From the NCBI GenBank assembly GCA_964187785.1, contig OZ076409.1, forward strand, positions 12,526,001 through 12,590,000: a stretch of 64,000 bases of DNA, read 5' to 3'. Shown in pieces: positions 23,886-37,863 of this stretch (positions are counted from its first letter, which is position 1; every line of letters starts with the position of its first letter). The position numbers and the translations under genes were made by a program. The DNA comes from Amphiscolops sp. MND2022 (lineage: Eukaryota). The notes under the pieces were generated by a model. The model searched no databases, was not told the origin of the DNA, and worked only from the letters and a program-made list of their open reading frames with translations.

Positions 23886-25947
23886 GCCAATGGGTCCCCT
23901 TTTTGGTTATTTTGATTTTCTGCAACCAATTGGATGATAAAAGCGCAAAGGATCACCTCTTCTGTTTTTTTTCTGTACTTTGTTACTTCGCTGAATATTT
24001 TTGAAAACCGAGTTGCCCTCCTTCAATTTTTAGCTGAAACAAAAATTTGTTTCCCAAGCCTGGAGGCTGACATCTTCGGTTATTTTTGGTCCTGTGTGAC
24101 CGGTGAGAGTTTTGTCAATACCTGTGGAAAAGACTTACGATTTTATCGGCACTGTGACTTTTTTGGAAAAAAATTCCGATTCGGTCATTTTTAAAGAAGT
24201 TCTTGGCTTGTTTCGATCTCTTATTTCGTTTCAGATTCATTCACCGTTGATTGTTATTTATGGTATTTGATAGTTCAGACTGGCTCGTAATGCTTCAATT
24301 GAATTCGTCTATTTTTGTAAGAAACAAATGTTATGATTCACTGATCTCCCTCAGAAAGGTTCGGTTTTCTCCTTCACAAACTTCACGGGAGAATCAACTA
24401 TCGGAGAATTATTTACACGATACCTAAAATTAATGCATTTAGAGAGAGAGAGAGGAATCAATTCTCCGAAGGAGTAAATTTTCACTGATATTGTCAACAT
24501 TAGGAAGCTGAAACTTCGTTAGAGCAAACAAAAGACCATAAGAGATCTTGAAAATAATTAGAAAATCAACAGCGGTGTGTTGTAAATGCGAATATGATCT
24601 GAAATTTTTCGACTGTTTTGAGTGTTGCACACTCGGGTTCATCGAAATTTCAAACCACTTCCGATTATCTCCAAAAATTCCACAATTTGCGAAACCAACT
24701 CATCCAGCATGGAAATAAAAACTTTTGTTAGTCGTTATGAGCGACCGTGGGATTAATTGTGAATAAACCAAGCGCATTTCAAATCTACAAAACGAGCGCC
24801 GCGATGAATTCATGAAAATCAAACTAGTTTTAGTTAAGAAGTTTGGTCTTTAGTGTTATACAATACTAGGGAAATACAATGGAAATCGATAGAAGTTAAC
24901 CCAAAGCGTTTGAAGTACCTATAGCAAAGTTTAATTCAAGATAGGTTTAAAAGTGAATATGGGAGACAACCGATTTCCAATTGTTCTATATCAAAGATGC
25001 ACGTACTCTCCTCAAAAATTTCAAACAGCGGTTGCACTTTTAGTGGACTTTGATAATGCTGGTCGGTAAAAATGAAACCGTTCACCGCTATATTTCAAAA
25101 GATTTTCAATGAAAAATTAATTACCGTCGGACATACAAACGGACTACTTTTCGACTCAATAACCCCATCGTTCAAAACAGCATCCGGCACTGAAGTCAAA
25201 ACCAATGAGCGATTTCCGTTGCAGTTAGATACAGGTTCATTTTGAATTCCTTTTGCTTCCCTTTGAAAATTTATAGCCACGTTTTAGTTGTTTTCAAAGA
25301 CCTCTCATCGATTACAAAGAGAATCCAAATAAAAACGGCACCCGTTTTTAAAGCATTACAAATAAAAACTCATCGCGAAAAAAATTGGTTACACGTTTCC
25401 CAAAAATCAAATTCACTGGCAATTCAAATCATCATCGACATATTGCTCCGTGTAGCTGTACGGTGCAAATTTCAATGCAAATTGCTCAAAAACACTGAAA
25501 CGTTTTTGTTTGAAGATTCTGAGCAATAATGGAGATGATATTTTCATATGTATTAAGATGGGGAGTTGTTTTCAGATCACAACTTTTAGTGTTTTCATAA
25601 CTTGAAACTAAAAATACGGTATCTTTAACCATGATAAGCTACTGCTTTGCGAATTTCGTAGGAACTCATTCAACAAAAGGGTCTATGTTTTGTATTTTGG
25701 TTATTTGAGGTCGGATATTTTCTTTACGAGCAAATAATCACTTATTTTTCGATATTCCTAGTACCCGTTCTGCTGAGGCTCCTTGAAAAAGAGAACAAGC
25801 TCGCAACATCGAAAAGCGCAAAGTTTTTCAGATATTCTCAGGACTTTTTTAAAATGAAAAACATAAAACTGTCCGAACACCCAAAGGTTTCGTGCTGGGA
25901 GGAATGGGTTCGCTTGTTTTCGAACCTCCGCCTCATTTTTTCCCGCT

Positions 25948-26305
25948 CTAGTAAAACGCAAAATAGGTCGGATGTAACGCAAAAATTCGCGTAGTGAAGA
26001 AAAAATTATTGGTGCATATATATTGAAAAAGTTTAATTTCAGACGAAAAATACTTTTGAAACTGTCTCATAGTGCCGAAAATGTAAAAGGCGGGACCCTT
26101 TGGGCTTTTTTCATATCCAATTTGTTGCAAAAATTTTAAAAAATATAAGGGGGACCTTTTGCAATAACTTGCGTTTCCCAGGTATTCGTCAGGTGGAACA
26201 AAATTTTGTCGCATTCAAGTCTATCTTAAAAGAAAAATTTAAAGAAAAAAAACGAGTGACTTTAATAGTCGGGCTATTTCATTTTATAAAAGCGCCGACT
26301 AAAAA
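25948..26305 (-). mobile_element. HINE-like element, partial
   Basis: Ends in agtcgggc...gcgccgactaaaaa as at 14674; internal gtctcatagtgccgaaaa...gggaccctttggg unit. Confidence 0.65.
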
Positions 26306-28269
26306 CAGGCGCTGTATACTTGATTTAACTTTCGCGTTTGGCTGTCATTATGAACAAAAAGAGTAGCCGTAGAAGTGTTCAAGTACTCGCATTCTGCTTG
26401 AAAGGACCGGATATCACGCCGAGACAGCTGGTTTTGCTCTACCCTGAGTAGGGTCGCTTGTCTGTAAACAGGGCCTGTCAAGTGTCATTGTGACGGCTTA
26501 GCAAACAAAAACAGTCACATCTGTAGCCTTCGGGTGGTTATGAGTAGCCAGCGGTTTTATGAAAGTTAGCAGATTTTCCCAGTACCAGTTGTGAAAATAC
26601 GAAGAATGTACATACTCCTTTCTATTTGTAAGACAACTCATTTTTTGCTCGCGAATCATGTTTTTCACCGCAGAAACCAGTTATTATCATTTTCATAAAT
26701 TATTTTAAGTTAATTCTTAAGGATTAATTTAATTTTTAAAATAATTCAATAATTCTACAACTATTAATAGAAATCATTTCTTAAGCGCTCGAGTTCCGAA
26801 CTTTTCCTGATAGCATATTGGCAGCAGGTTTGCTGAACCCCCAGCGAAATTGTTGAAATTTGATGACTGTTGAAGAAACAGAGAAGGAGCATTATATAAA
26901 ATGCCAAAATCGCTATATTGTTGCTACCGAAAACGTTTTGCTCAATTCTGATTTGTAAAAAAAAATTGGTTCAACCGAGTATTCTGAGATAATATAAAAT
27001 CATTTCATCATTGTTTTGCTAATATTTTTGAGGAAAAATCATTTTTTGAAATGAAAATGAGCATCACTGGCAGAAACATTCAAATATCTTTTTTATAAAA
27101 AAATTGTTAGAATGAACTACTAATCCAACTTCTAATGCGTATCGAGTTTTTTGTTAGCTTTGTGGGCTTAGATGTCGAAGATTACTTGGACTATAATGGT
27201 GAATAAGGCTATTGATGAATGTAGGTTCAATTGCGAAATTTACAGAGAAATTAAGTCCAGATATTTCAACATTTGCTGAAAGAAGCTTGTTAGGCCGACA
27301 ATCATGAGAATGATCAAGGAAACAATAAAAGCGCTAGACTTGAAAAGGGAACTATAAAGTTTTGATGTTTTGTATCTTGAAAAGTTATTGATCAATTTTG
27401 TCTTCGATTTAGCAATGGCTAATCGAAACGCTTGGGCGTTGATTAATTGGAAAATTCTGTGCATCAAACAAAATGATTATATACAAGTCGTGTAAATGTC
27501 TCAATAATACATCTGAGGCGTATTTGCTTTTGTACTGCAGATAAAAATGCTGCCTTTCAAAGTTTTTTGAAGTGAAAAATGAGTCTTGCTGCTTATGGAA
27601 AAATTCTGTTAAATCATTAGACTATGGCGCCGTAGAATCTTTTTGAATCAAGTGAAGTCATTTTTTCTCAAAAGTGATATGTTAATAATAAATGCTTTAT
27701 TGCGCGTTTGTCTTTTATCTTGCTGATTGCAAACTGTCTTTCCGGCCTCTGACATTCTTGTAGATTGAAGTTATTTTCTCGAGAATTGTAATTCACCCAA
27801 GGGTAGTAATGACTTTTGGATCGTCGCAACCCAATTTGATTTTGGGTGAAAGGCGGTCATTGAACTCTGTGATTTGATTGAAGTTGCCGTGAATAAAAGC
27901 GATGTCGTCATTATTCTTTCACGTCTTTTCCGCAAGTGTGAGTGTTAGTTGAAGGAACAAGTTTGTTTCTAGTTCAGGAACAGATGTAAGCACCCCCGGA
28001 ATCAGTTGTTTCCAAAGTGACTGATGAATGCAGTAGTTCTACTTGATCTCAATTTGCATTCATCCTTTTCATGATTTGTTGATCTGCTGACATTTGCGGC
28101 GTTTGTTGTAAAGCATGGTTGGCCAAACAAGCATTTCATCACTCGCGTCAATGCATCGAAAAAATCACACAAAGAGTACCATAACTGTGTGATGTGATAC
28201 TTAAGCGCCCGATTCATTTGATTTTGTTTGTGATATCGTTCACTTTTGAACTTCAAAACTGCACTGGGT

Positions 28270-31200
28270 AAAAGCACTTTGAAAGCGGATAAAAGCAGGA
28301 CTTGAAAATGTCAAATGCTCTGTTGGGCTGGCGGTTGTAACGACAGTACCGCTGCCGCATCCGTCCATTTGATCAGTCAGCCAGATCGCCGCCGGCAGAA
28401 GTCATGTGTTTTTTGTTTTGCAAAGTTGTAAGAAGTATTTGACATTCGGATGCAACTGGCGCAGTACTTTAGTACTTCGGTTGAGCTCTTTTTGAACTGT
28501 GATCACTGGCGCTGCCGCCGGTTACCGACTCAGGAAGGAACCACTAACTACTCAGTGATAACTATGTACTAACTAGTGTAACTCAGCAACAACTACTCAT
28601 TAACATAATTTTCCTCATTCCTTATATGGGCATAAGCTGGATTTTAATCGGATATAAAAAATTCAAGATTAAATTGATTTAAAATCAGAATGCGGAAAAC
28701 TGAATATTTTCAAAATCAATTCAAAAGTTAGATCAGAAAACAAGTTTTTTTTCAACCCTGAATTGGGGTTTAGTCCTCGAATGAACCAAGCCTAAAGCGA
28801 CGAGAATGTATACCGGTTGTCCAGTGCTTGGAACGATAGTCAGAAACTACGGATTCATACAAAAAAAACTCATCCACGTCAAAAAAGTGGCCTGTTTTGG
28901 TTTTGGCTGATTTTAATCATGATTCAATGTTTTAATCAAGTTGATTATAATCAATGATTATAATTGTTTGATTATAATCAGCCGGCCCTGGACATGAATT
29001 AGGCCGCTTTCATACGTTCTTAGGAGAGTGGAGATATATCGAATTGAGTATTAAGTGAGAAGGAAAAGATGGATGCGTTATTGGGGGAAATATAAATCAG
29101 GGTTGCCGCTGCTTTCTAGCCGGTGTTTTTGTCCAGCACTGCTCAATAAATATGCGGCATTTTCTTCAGTTGTTTCTGCTTGACTTACGTTCACTTGAAT
29201 GCATCGTACTACTTTATCTTGTGACAACTAAACAACAAAGAATTTGTGATCAAGAGGTACCGCTTATTTACAAACAGATTATAACAATAGTAATAAAAGC
29301 ACATTTCCTAGATCTATCTCATCTGCATATCAAAAGTACTCATAAAGACTGTTCCCCCCTACCGGCCCAGGCCGAGGATTGTAAGAGAGTCGGAGTAGAG
29401 CAAAGAAGGTTGCCGCTACCAACCGACGATGGAAGTTTTGTTCTAACTCACGTTCTCACTTTGCCTTAACTTCACTCAACACTTAATCCCATGCCGACCT
29501 TTCAGCCCGCCGTTCCTTCGCCTTTAATGACGTCACAATCAGAAGTTGCCGGCTGATTGTGATTTAAAGAACCTGTGATTTGAGCAATGATAGATCAGGA
29601 ATTTGAAAATTAAGCCAACCAACGATCAGTGGTAACAGGTCGTCGTCGGTTCTTGTTTGTCTCAAACGGAGTTGATTCATTTTTCCTTTTTTTTGCAATT
29701 AATTAAATTCGCTGAACGTTTGAAGAGTAATCTGAAGCTTCTTTGAAGCTGCGACACTACAGAAGCGAAGCAGAGCTATCATCTTCATCATCGCCAGTGG
29801 GAAGCATATTTCAGAAGTGAGGAAACGAAACAAAGGGAAAGATAGTTAAAGAAGTGGACAGCACACTTCACTTGCTGAGTTGTTTGTTGTTGTTTTCTTG
29901 AAAAGTTGAAGAGTTCACAAAAGAGGTGATTGAAGAGGTCTTTGAACAGGTATACTTTGGATACATCCCAGTAATCACATCTAACAACCTGCATATTTGT
30001 CTCATCTTGGGCCCTTCTGTCAATCCAGTCAGTTTTTTCCTTCTCCACGCGTCCCCTAGTCCAGTGGTTGATGTCCGGAGCCGAAGCACTTTTCTTACGC
30101 ACTTAATTCTCGCATTTGATTGGATAACGAGGCGTGGTCGTCGGTCGTATTCGTTGGACGAAGTGTCGGTGTTGTGTCGTTTATTCGCACTCAGGAAACA
30201 ACGGCGGTCATTCTGTTATGATGCTTGTCTTTTCTTTCCGCGTACAGTTCTCTGTTTTTTTTCGGTGAAACTTCTGATCTGATGAGATGCGATGGGAAGA
30301 ATGAAAAGCAATGAATCTGTTTGATGCTCCTGTCATCAATGTTGTTTAATTCCCTTTTTATTTCATTTCTTTTCTTGTTTTTCCCTCTATTTGTTCTTTG
30401 CCTTTTCCCCCTTTCCTCCGCAGCACTTCTAAGGGGGGAACAGGCAGGGAATGAGACAAAGCGACGACAAGTGCGCTATTGCCGACCGTTGCAACTCTGT
30501 TACTCTTTGATAAGTGAAGAGATTTAGATTCACTTGGCCAGACCAGGCCTGCTTCAGTTTTCCATCCATCCAGATCTGGCAAACAGTTGAACTGGCAAAA
30601 AGCGACTGGCTAACAGCCAGCACATTAACTGTCCGTCGATCTACAAACACCTTGCCTTGCCACTAAGAGTTATTCTCACATACCTGTAGCTTACAAATAA
30701 TAAATTTATTAACTTGTAAAGTAGTACTACAAATAAGTTGGAACAACAAAGAGATAAATCAATTACGATTGAGTGGATATCACTAATCCGACAGTTATGC
30801 TCCAATGCTCTGGTATGCCCAGTGAAAGTCGCTTGTAACAATTGTGCTACAATTGCGTGTTGCGCTAAAAGCTGTTAACCAACCCACCGGTGCGCATCAT
30901 TGATTACGTCACAGGCTACGAGGACAGTGGCCTGAGTCAAGTGCTACTGCTGTTCAATTGTGAAGCGAATCAGCTCCGTTGTCTGTTGTCTGTTGTTTAG
31001 CTGGCAAAGATTATAAGGTCAGATCAATGGTATTATCCTGTGACAGTAACGACACATTGTATCTTTTCTTTGCCTGAAAACATCAATGAAATTCAGTCTT
31101 TTTGTTCCATTCTCTGGCTGCTCTGATTTACTTGCACGTTGATGTGGTGGCTTAATCGGCAACTAATTAACAACAAAACTCTTTCGTCTTGAAACCATAC

Positions 31201-31507
31201 TTTTGTATCTGTAGCCCGCATAGACGGTCGCTGACGCCATTGCTCCACCGGGGGCGCGTATCTCAGGCGCCTCTTGCCCGCACTAACTGTTTTCTGAGCA
31301 CCTTTCTCTGCCCTTTGGTGTTCCCTCTCTCCTTGTGTACCCTGTTGAGCCTTGCTTTGAGGATTGCGTGCTAGATCTATTTCCTAACTGACTGCTTCAA
31401 CTATTATTTCAAGAAATCCGTTTCCATTGACACTTGTCATCTCTCTTAGTTATAATCAGTTGTTATATCGCTTCGTTCTTTTCTACTCACATATTGTGTG
31501 TAAGTTA
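28270..31507 (+). promoter_or_regulatory. Candidate internal promoter/enhancer and long 5' UTR (largely transposon-free island)
   Basis: TCF-like CTTTGWW at 28277, 29741, 29940, 30505; AACAAAG at 29829, 30745; GCCGCCG at 28388, 28514; TGACGTCA at 29528. No recognisable TE from ~29000 to 31790. Confidence 0.35.
28630..28990. mobile_element. hAT-like MITE remnant with gatt(t/a)taatc subterminal repeats
   Basis: Arrays of gattttaatc/gattataatc at both ends; right terminus agccggccctg. Confidence 0.45.
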
Positions 31508-31663
31508 ATGATAATGATGATGGCCCAAATGTTCTACCAGGGTGACTTTTCCTCCTCTCCCTCGTACATTGACCTTCCTCTTGACCCAGGCGCCAATTTG
31601 ACCTACCACTACCAACCGCGCTTCAATTATAGTGCACTTCTTGCTTCCTCTACTTCTTTGCTG
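31508..31663 (+). CDS. axin: Candidate alternative first coding exon of Axin (or cassette exon 31541-31663)
   Basis: MIMMMAQMFYQGDFSSSPSYIDLPLDPGANLTYHYQPRFNYSALLASSTSLL ends on a codon boundary at ctg|GTTAGT (31664), the same donor hexamer as exons 1 and 3, and is in phase with exon 5. Confidence 0.4.
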
Positions 31664-32500
31664 GTTAGTTTATTACATTCTGAGTCACATTTCATCTTCT
31701 CTTTTTTCTCGTTCACTGATCTTTTCTCAAAAAAAGAACAGATAGGGACCGGACCGTGCGTATCGAAACCTCTAGGTGAAATGATGTAAGCAAATCTTGA
31801 GACGATTTTATTGCTAACAACTCCATTGTTTCATTTGTTTTCATTAACTTTTTTAACCAGATATAAACGATCGCGGTACCGATATCAATCAAATTGATCA
31901 TGCCGTCAAGCGATTTTTTGAAACTTGAAATTCCCGAGCTGAAAAGTCAGTGTTGAATAGATTTTCATTTTTTTAAACAAAATCATACTCCCAAATTTTT
32001 GACAGGATTTCTAAATGAAGTATTTCCCGCGTTTGAAATTGTTAGAAGCAAGTTTCTCATTAGGTTTTCAGTTTACCAAAATGTGTCTTGTCTTATTTTG
32101 AGCCCCCCCCCCAAATATGAACAAGACTTTGAATTTTTAATCAAATTTTTGTCGTTGACTGCTTTTTCAATGGCCAGGAAATAGTGAAAGTGAAAAATTT
32201 CTTACGTGGCGGAATGTCGTTTATTTGCTTGGAGACATTGTCATCCGGTGTTGTAAGGCAGATAACGGTTTTTGTGGACGTGTTCTATCTAGTCTTCATC
32301 AACCGTCCACTAAGTCTGTCAATGGCCAATCAATCACACAAAAGTTTACCTCTGACAGTTTGTCACGCGATTGGAAATATTTATCAATAGTCTATCTATG
32401 TACCTAGTCTTGGTTGCTGCTTGTTAATCATTAAACCCGTTACTTAAAAACCTTCAATCATGCTGGAGAAACAATGCATGCAACCAATGAAGCTGTTCAT

Positions 32501-33114
32501 TTTTTAGTCGGCGCTTCATGACTAGGGCTTGGTTTTTAGTCTGCGCTTCATGAAGTGAAACGCGACTATTATAGTGGCTTTTTTTCAATCCACACGAACT
32601 GACCAAAATAGTTCTTGAAAGTTCTACAAAATATTATTGCACCAAATTGCACTATTTGGCCTAGCGAACTGAACCAAAAAGGTTTTTCCTGTTTTCCCGC
32701 GTAACATACCATACCGGGCGAGACCAAAGGGTCCCCCCTTTCAATTTTTTTCGGCACTGCGAGACTTTTTATAGTTGTACGAAACATTAAGGTGTCAAAT
32801 TGGACCTTTTGGCCCAGGGAACTGGACTATAAGAGTTGTTCCTTTTTCAGCATAACACGAGACTGGACGAGACTAAAGGGTCCCCCTTTCAATTTTTTTC
32901 GGCATTGTGAGATTTTTTTCAATAAAAAAATTTCACCAAAGGGTGATGATTTGCGACAGAATGGATGACCCTGGCGCGCCAATTCGGTCCAATTTTTTTT
33001 GGTACTGTAAAAATACTTTTTTGGGTACTGTAAAAGAATACTTGACACTTTGAAGTCCTTTAGCTATTTTTGAGCCGTAGATATTGCGCCGACTCAGGCC
33101 GTTCCCGGCTTATT
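32501..33114 (+). mobile_element. HINE-like element, complete, with duplicated 5' terminus
   Basis: 5' tttttagtcggcgcttcatg (repeated ~32 bp later); 3' gcgccgact-caggccgttcccggc-ttatt; internal aaagggtccccctttcaattttttt-cggca units. Confidence 0.75.
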
Positions 33115-33726
33115 GCCTCTAATTTTTGATACCAAGGCAGTTTTCAAGTTTTTCAAGCCTTTGAGCGATCCATTGATGCATTCTTCTTATTCAAAGCTAC
33201 AAACTCAGAGTTTAACAACATGTGTTGAAAGTTCTACGCTCTGAAGAACTTAATTCAGTGCAAGTTTGGTGAATCCCTGAACTCGAACTACTTGAAAACG
33301 TGTTTTTTCTTCAAAATTACTTTCAAGTTGCGCGGTTCAAAGTGAAGACGATTGCAGCACGACTGATGGACAGTGAAGCGTGACCTTTCAACTGCAGTTT
33401 TCGTTATGGCCGCGGTCTGCTCTGAGCAACATGCATCTAAAGTATAGTCCAGGTGTTAAAATTGGATTCTTTGGCTTGAAAAGTTATACTCTGAGAAGGA
33501 TATACTTTTTTTCTTTTGCATGTTGCCCAAATTGAACAGTTGTCTGTTCGCCTTTTGGTCACCGTCAAGTGAGTGTTGGCTGATAAAATGTGAGATTTTT
33601 TAAGTATCATCTTCACAAAATGAATCTATCATTAATGCATGTATTTCATTAATGCAATTTTGATAACAGTGTTGTTGCATGAAGTTGTGTCCTGCTTCTA
33701 GGAAGAATGAGAGGTTAATTGAAATC

Positions 33727-34262
33727 GGTTTAGTATCATTTCACCCCACGATCATTTCACCCCATATCATTTCACCCAACGTTCATTTCACCCCACACTT
33801 AAATTATCAAATGTGTCTCAGATAAATGACTATTGCCACCCAATTTCAATCTTAGCGCTAATAGAAAAGCGTCTTGGTTCTAATTACCAATTAGATAAGC
33901 AAACGATGCTTGCTATGTGAACCACAAAATCGGAACCGAAAAGTTTCACTTATCGGAATTGTAATACTTCAGAACAAGGAACTCAGAAAAATCATTTTTT
34001 CTGTCAATCAAAATCTACAACTATGGGTGCTGCGAATCTTCAGCAAAACATTCCTATTCCGTTTTCCTACGGCAAAAAATTTCCTACAGGCCAAAAACCT
34101 CAAAGCTAACTCAAAAACAGTAGGCCTCAAAGTTTAATTGTTGATTAACGTGAGACGCTTTTGTATAATTGCAATATGGTGTGAAATGAAAGTGGGGTGA
34201 AATGAACGTGGGGTGAAATGAATGTGGGGTGAAGTGAACGTGGGGTGAAATGAACGCACACC
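33727..34262. mobile_element. Foldback/MULE MITE
   Basis: Arms of tcatttcacccca / tggggtgaaatga repeats; GG...CC ends; perfect 9-bp TSD attgaaatc (33718-33726, 34263-34271). Confidence 0.9.
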
Positions 34263-34317
34263 ATTGAAATCAGTCTGTTCACTTAGTGTAGTTTCTGGTA
34301 TTTCCCATGGTTATAGG

Positions 34318-34598
34318 AAACAAGACGGGAACGCCACCAGTCCCCGCCCCACTTACGTCTCAAAAAGCGCAAAGTTTCAAAAATATGCTCAGGACTTTTT
34401 TAAATTTTCCAAAACAGTCACAGTGCTGCAAAAAAGTGGAAAGGGGGACCCTTCTGATTCGGAATGGTTTGTATTGTACTAAGTACATATTGTAAAAGTG
34501 CACCGTGCACAAAAAGTGGACGATTCAGTGAGACTGCCAAAAAACTAGTCATTGTAATAGTTGGACACTTTTTCTAATCGAAAAGCGCCGATTAAAAA
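34318..34598 (-). mobile_element. HINE-like element, short
   Basis: aacaagacgggaacg start and aaagcgccgattaaaaa end; interior similar to 14450-14674. Confidence 0.65.
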
Positions 34599-34844
34599 CG
34601 CCCCAGTGAAAAAGGCCCAGATTGGTAAAATTAATTCTCATAACAGTCATAATTTTTATATTAGTTGTATGGTTCAGCCTTCCCCCTTACGGGGCACTCC
34701 GTGAGCAAAAAACCGAATTTCTCATGTTTTTGGGTTGTATGCCGTTAAAAAAATGTATACTTAAGTTCATTTTGAAACTCCGTGGATAACAAGGTTGCGA
34801 AATAAACGATTTGTCGAAAACGTTTTAAACGCGTTTAAAACAAA

Positions 34845-35445
34845 AACAAGACGGCACCGGCCCAAGTCGGCGCCATATCCAAGGCTCAAAAATAGCAAAA
34901 AGACTTCCAAGTGTCAAGTACTCTTTTACAGTACTCGAAAATCGAAATTTTTTGAAAAAAAAATTTTCGAAAAAATTACATACTCAAAAAAATGAACCGA
35001 GTGGCGCGCTAAAGTCTCACAATGCCGAAAAACTGAAAGGGAGGACCCTTTGAGGTTTTTCAACATCCATTCTGTCGCAAAACATGAAAAAATTGAAGAA
35101 AACAAAAATTTTCATTTTCGGGAAAAAATCTCACAATGCCGAAAAAAACTGAAAGGGGGGACCCTTTGGGATTTTTCAACATCCATTCTGTCGCAAAACA
35201 TCAAAAAAAATGCAGGGGGGACCCTTCGGGGAAATTTTTTTTTTTCGAAAAAAAAGTCTCGCAGTGCCGAAAAAAATGAAAGGGGGGAGTCTTTGGTCTC
35301 GCCCGGTATGGTTTGTTACGCGGAAAAACAGGAAAAACTTTTTTGGTTCAGTTCGCTAGACCAAATAGTGCATTTTGATGCAATAATATTTTGTAGAATT
35401 TTTGTAGAACTATTTTGGTCAGTTCGTGTGGATAGAAAAAAAAGA
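34845..35445 (-). mobile_element. HINE-like element with ~110-bp internal tandem units
   Basis: acaagacggcaccggcccaagtcggcgccatatc end; repeated tctcacaatgccgaaaaa-ctgaaagggg-accctttg-tcaacatccattctgtcgcaaaacat; largely the reverse complement of 32501-33114. Confidence 0.75.
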
Positions 35446-37863
35446 CGCAGCCGCTGAAGATGAAAGTTTTTGAAGTTTGACTGCTCACCCAATCAATTTA
35501 GTGACAAGTTCCCCATAGCACTGATGCTTTACAAAACGAAGTCTGAATCTGAATTAGACTATTGGTAATTCCAAGGAAACCGCCAGTTGTTTCAAACAGT
35601 AGTTTTCCACCTGTTCAAAACATTGTTTAAAACACGTTTAAAACAATGTTTTAATCAGGATAATGCGAGGAAAATGACTTTGCGAATTTATGGACATTTT
35701 ATTGGTTGCCACTAATTTAAGCAGCTAATCAAGTTTAAGAATTCAGGCCGCTAATTCGATAACTGCTTAATTAGCAGTGTCAAACCTTTGTCCCTAGGAC
35801 TGTCGAAAGAAGTTTTTTTCTGCATTTGTAGCAAGTGAGTGACAACTCGTTCCGATAGTTACTTGAAAGTCAAACCAACTGTGCCAGGAATATCACTACG
35901 GCCCAAGATTTCCAAATTAGCCCAAAAGATCATTAGGGTTAAATTTTTAACCATCATTTTTTCTCGATTCAAAGAAATGAGTTCTCATTGTTGACAATAA
36001 CTGGCTATTATTGCAATGATTTGGTTTTCGTCGCAACGTTTTTTGAGGAGCAATGCTCTTGAAATGCACTTTAGGATACGTTGTTGGCAGATTGATTGAA
36101 AACTATAAGAAATAGATTTTTTCTGTTTTGTAACATTTCCTTTTTTGGCTGGTTTTCTTGTAGACAGACAGTTACAGTGTGTTATTCGGACACCACGAAA
36201 TATCCGATAAAATCTAACAAAACGACCGATTATCTAACCGTAACAAAGCAGCCTATTTTAAAGCATAACATTTAAAGGCCTATTTTCGAAGCGTAACAAA
36301 AGGACCTCATCAGCTACGGAGACACCCCTATTGCCCTACGTTCAGGAGCGAAGTGACGCGGAGCGACGTGCCACTACTTGACCAGCGGCTAACTTTAACA
36401 AAGGCCGACCTGAAGAGTCATACAACCAATAAAAATAATACAGCAGATAACTAACTCGATAAAATAATGCTTTCTGAGCTGTTCGTTTTGTTACATTTCA
36501 AAATCGGCGATTTTCATACGTTTTCAAAATCGTTTTCTTGTTGAAAATCTGTCATTTTGTGGTGCATCCGTGTTATTATTTATCCGGTTAGCATATTTCT
36601 TTCATGTTATTAGTTTAGTTTCGGTTTGCATTATTGTACTATTTGGATTTTGTGAATAGCCGCCGCGTTACTTGTTGAAAGACCTGAAGTAACTACTGTT
36701 GAAAAGAGCATTTGCGGTGAAGAGGCTTTCACAGGTCAAATGCTTTGTTTGTTTGTTGTTAACACATCTCTTGAATCCGTTCCATTTGATGTGATGTCGC
36801 CTGAAAAGATTAGAAGAGGAGATAGATGACTTGGAAGAAGGAATTGAAAGAATCAAGAATTGAAGGATTGTTTCTTTTCTTGTTTGGTGTCGCCGGCGAC
36901 GACTCTGCGGCGACGACTCTGCAAGTGTTTATTTCGGTGTCGTCATGATGGTAACGATGATGGTGGCGGCGGTTGCACTGACACAGGTCTTTCGTTCCTT
37001 GGTGTGTGTTGGTTCCTTCAGCGGCTCAGCAGCTCCTAGAGCTCTTCAGTTATGTTCAACAAGTGTGATTATAATGACACGGCGAGTGATAAAAAGGGAT
37101 TACATAAAATGTAAATGTAGCAATGTTTGTTTACTGTCACACGCATTATACGCTTTGAACTTCTCTGTATCACGGCCGACATATCAAAGGGGAAATAATT
37201 TGTTAATTTATGTTTGTGAAACTTGAAAGACACAATCGATCAATAAGTGATGAAACGGCCTCTTTCAGTCCTTTCTCGCTCTCTCTCTCTCTATCCCCTA
37301 TTCTCATTCTTCATTCTCCTCAAAACTCTGCTCGTTCGCTCTCCTGTCGACTATCCGATCTTCTCATCAATCTATCCACCTCATCATTTGTAGCAGCCCT
37401 CTGACGTTTGAACCCAATGGTCCTTTTCCACACTCCTTTGGCAGCTTCGGTCGGGGATCGAATCCACAACTGTATATGACCGCCGACGACGTTCATTCAT
37501 GTATTTTTAACATTTTCCTCAGAAGGTTAAAAGGAAATAGTTGCTTTTCAAGTCTTTGCTCTCCTATTTCAAGCAAAACATTTCAAAGTGCTGGTCTATC
37601 TGGCGCATTTTATTGTTGCTTGCCGCTGCAGTAGATTAGTGTTGGTTGTGATGGAATCAATGATGATATGTGATATATTCGTTTATTCCACACTTCAGGT
37701 TTGTTCTCGTTCTCTAGATCTAAAAACATTTTCTAACCACTCATTTTTCTCACTGCCTCAGGTACCATAAGCGTCACTTCTCATTTAAATGATGGTTAGT
37801 GGCGTTACTCTGCATTTTCAGCCAGCTTTGCTTGCGCCCAAAAATTTGTGGTATCTGTTCAAT

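Noticed and set aside
29788..30282. Overlapping 104-aa (-) and 118-aa (+) ORFs as a nested gene
   Set aside because: No domain or splice support; at most upstream ORFs of the proposed UTR.
30279..30310. CTGATGA...GAAA as a hammerhead ribozyme core
   Set aside because: Stem II cannot form (no closing G-C pair) and no stems I or III are evident.
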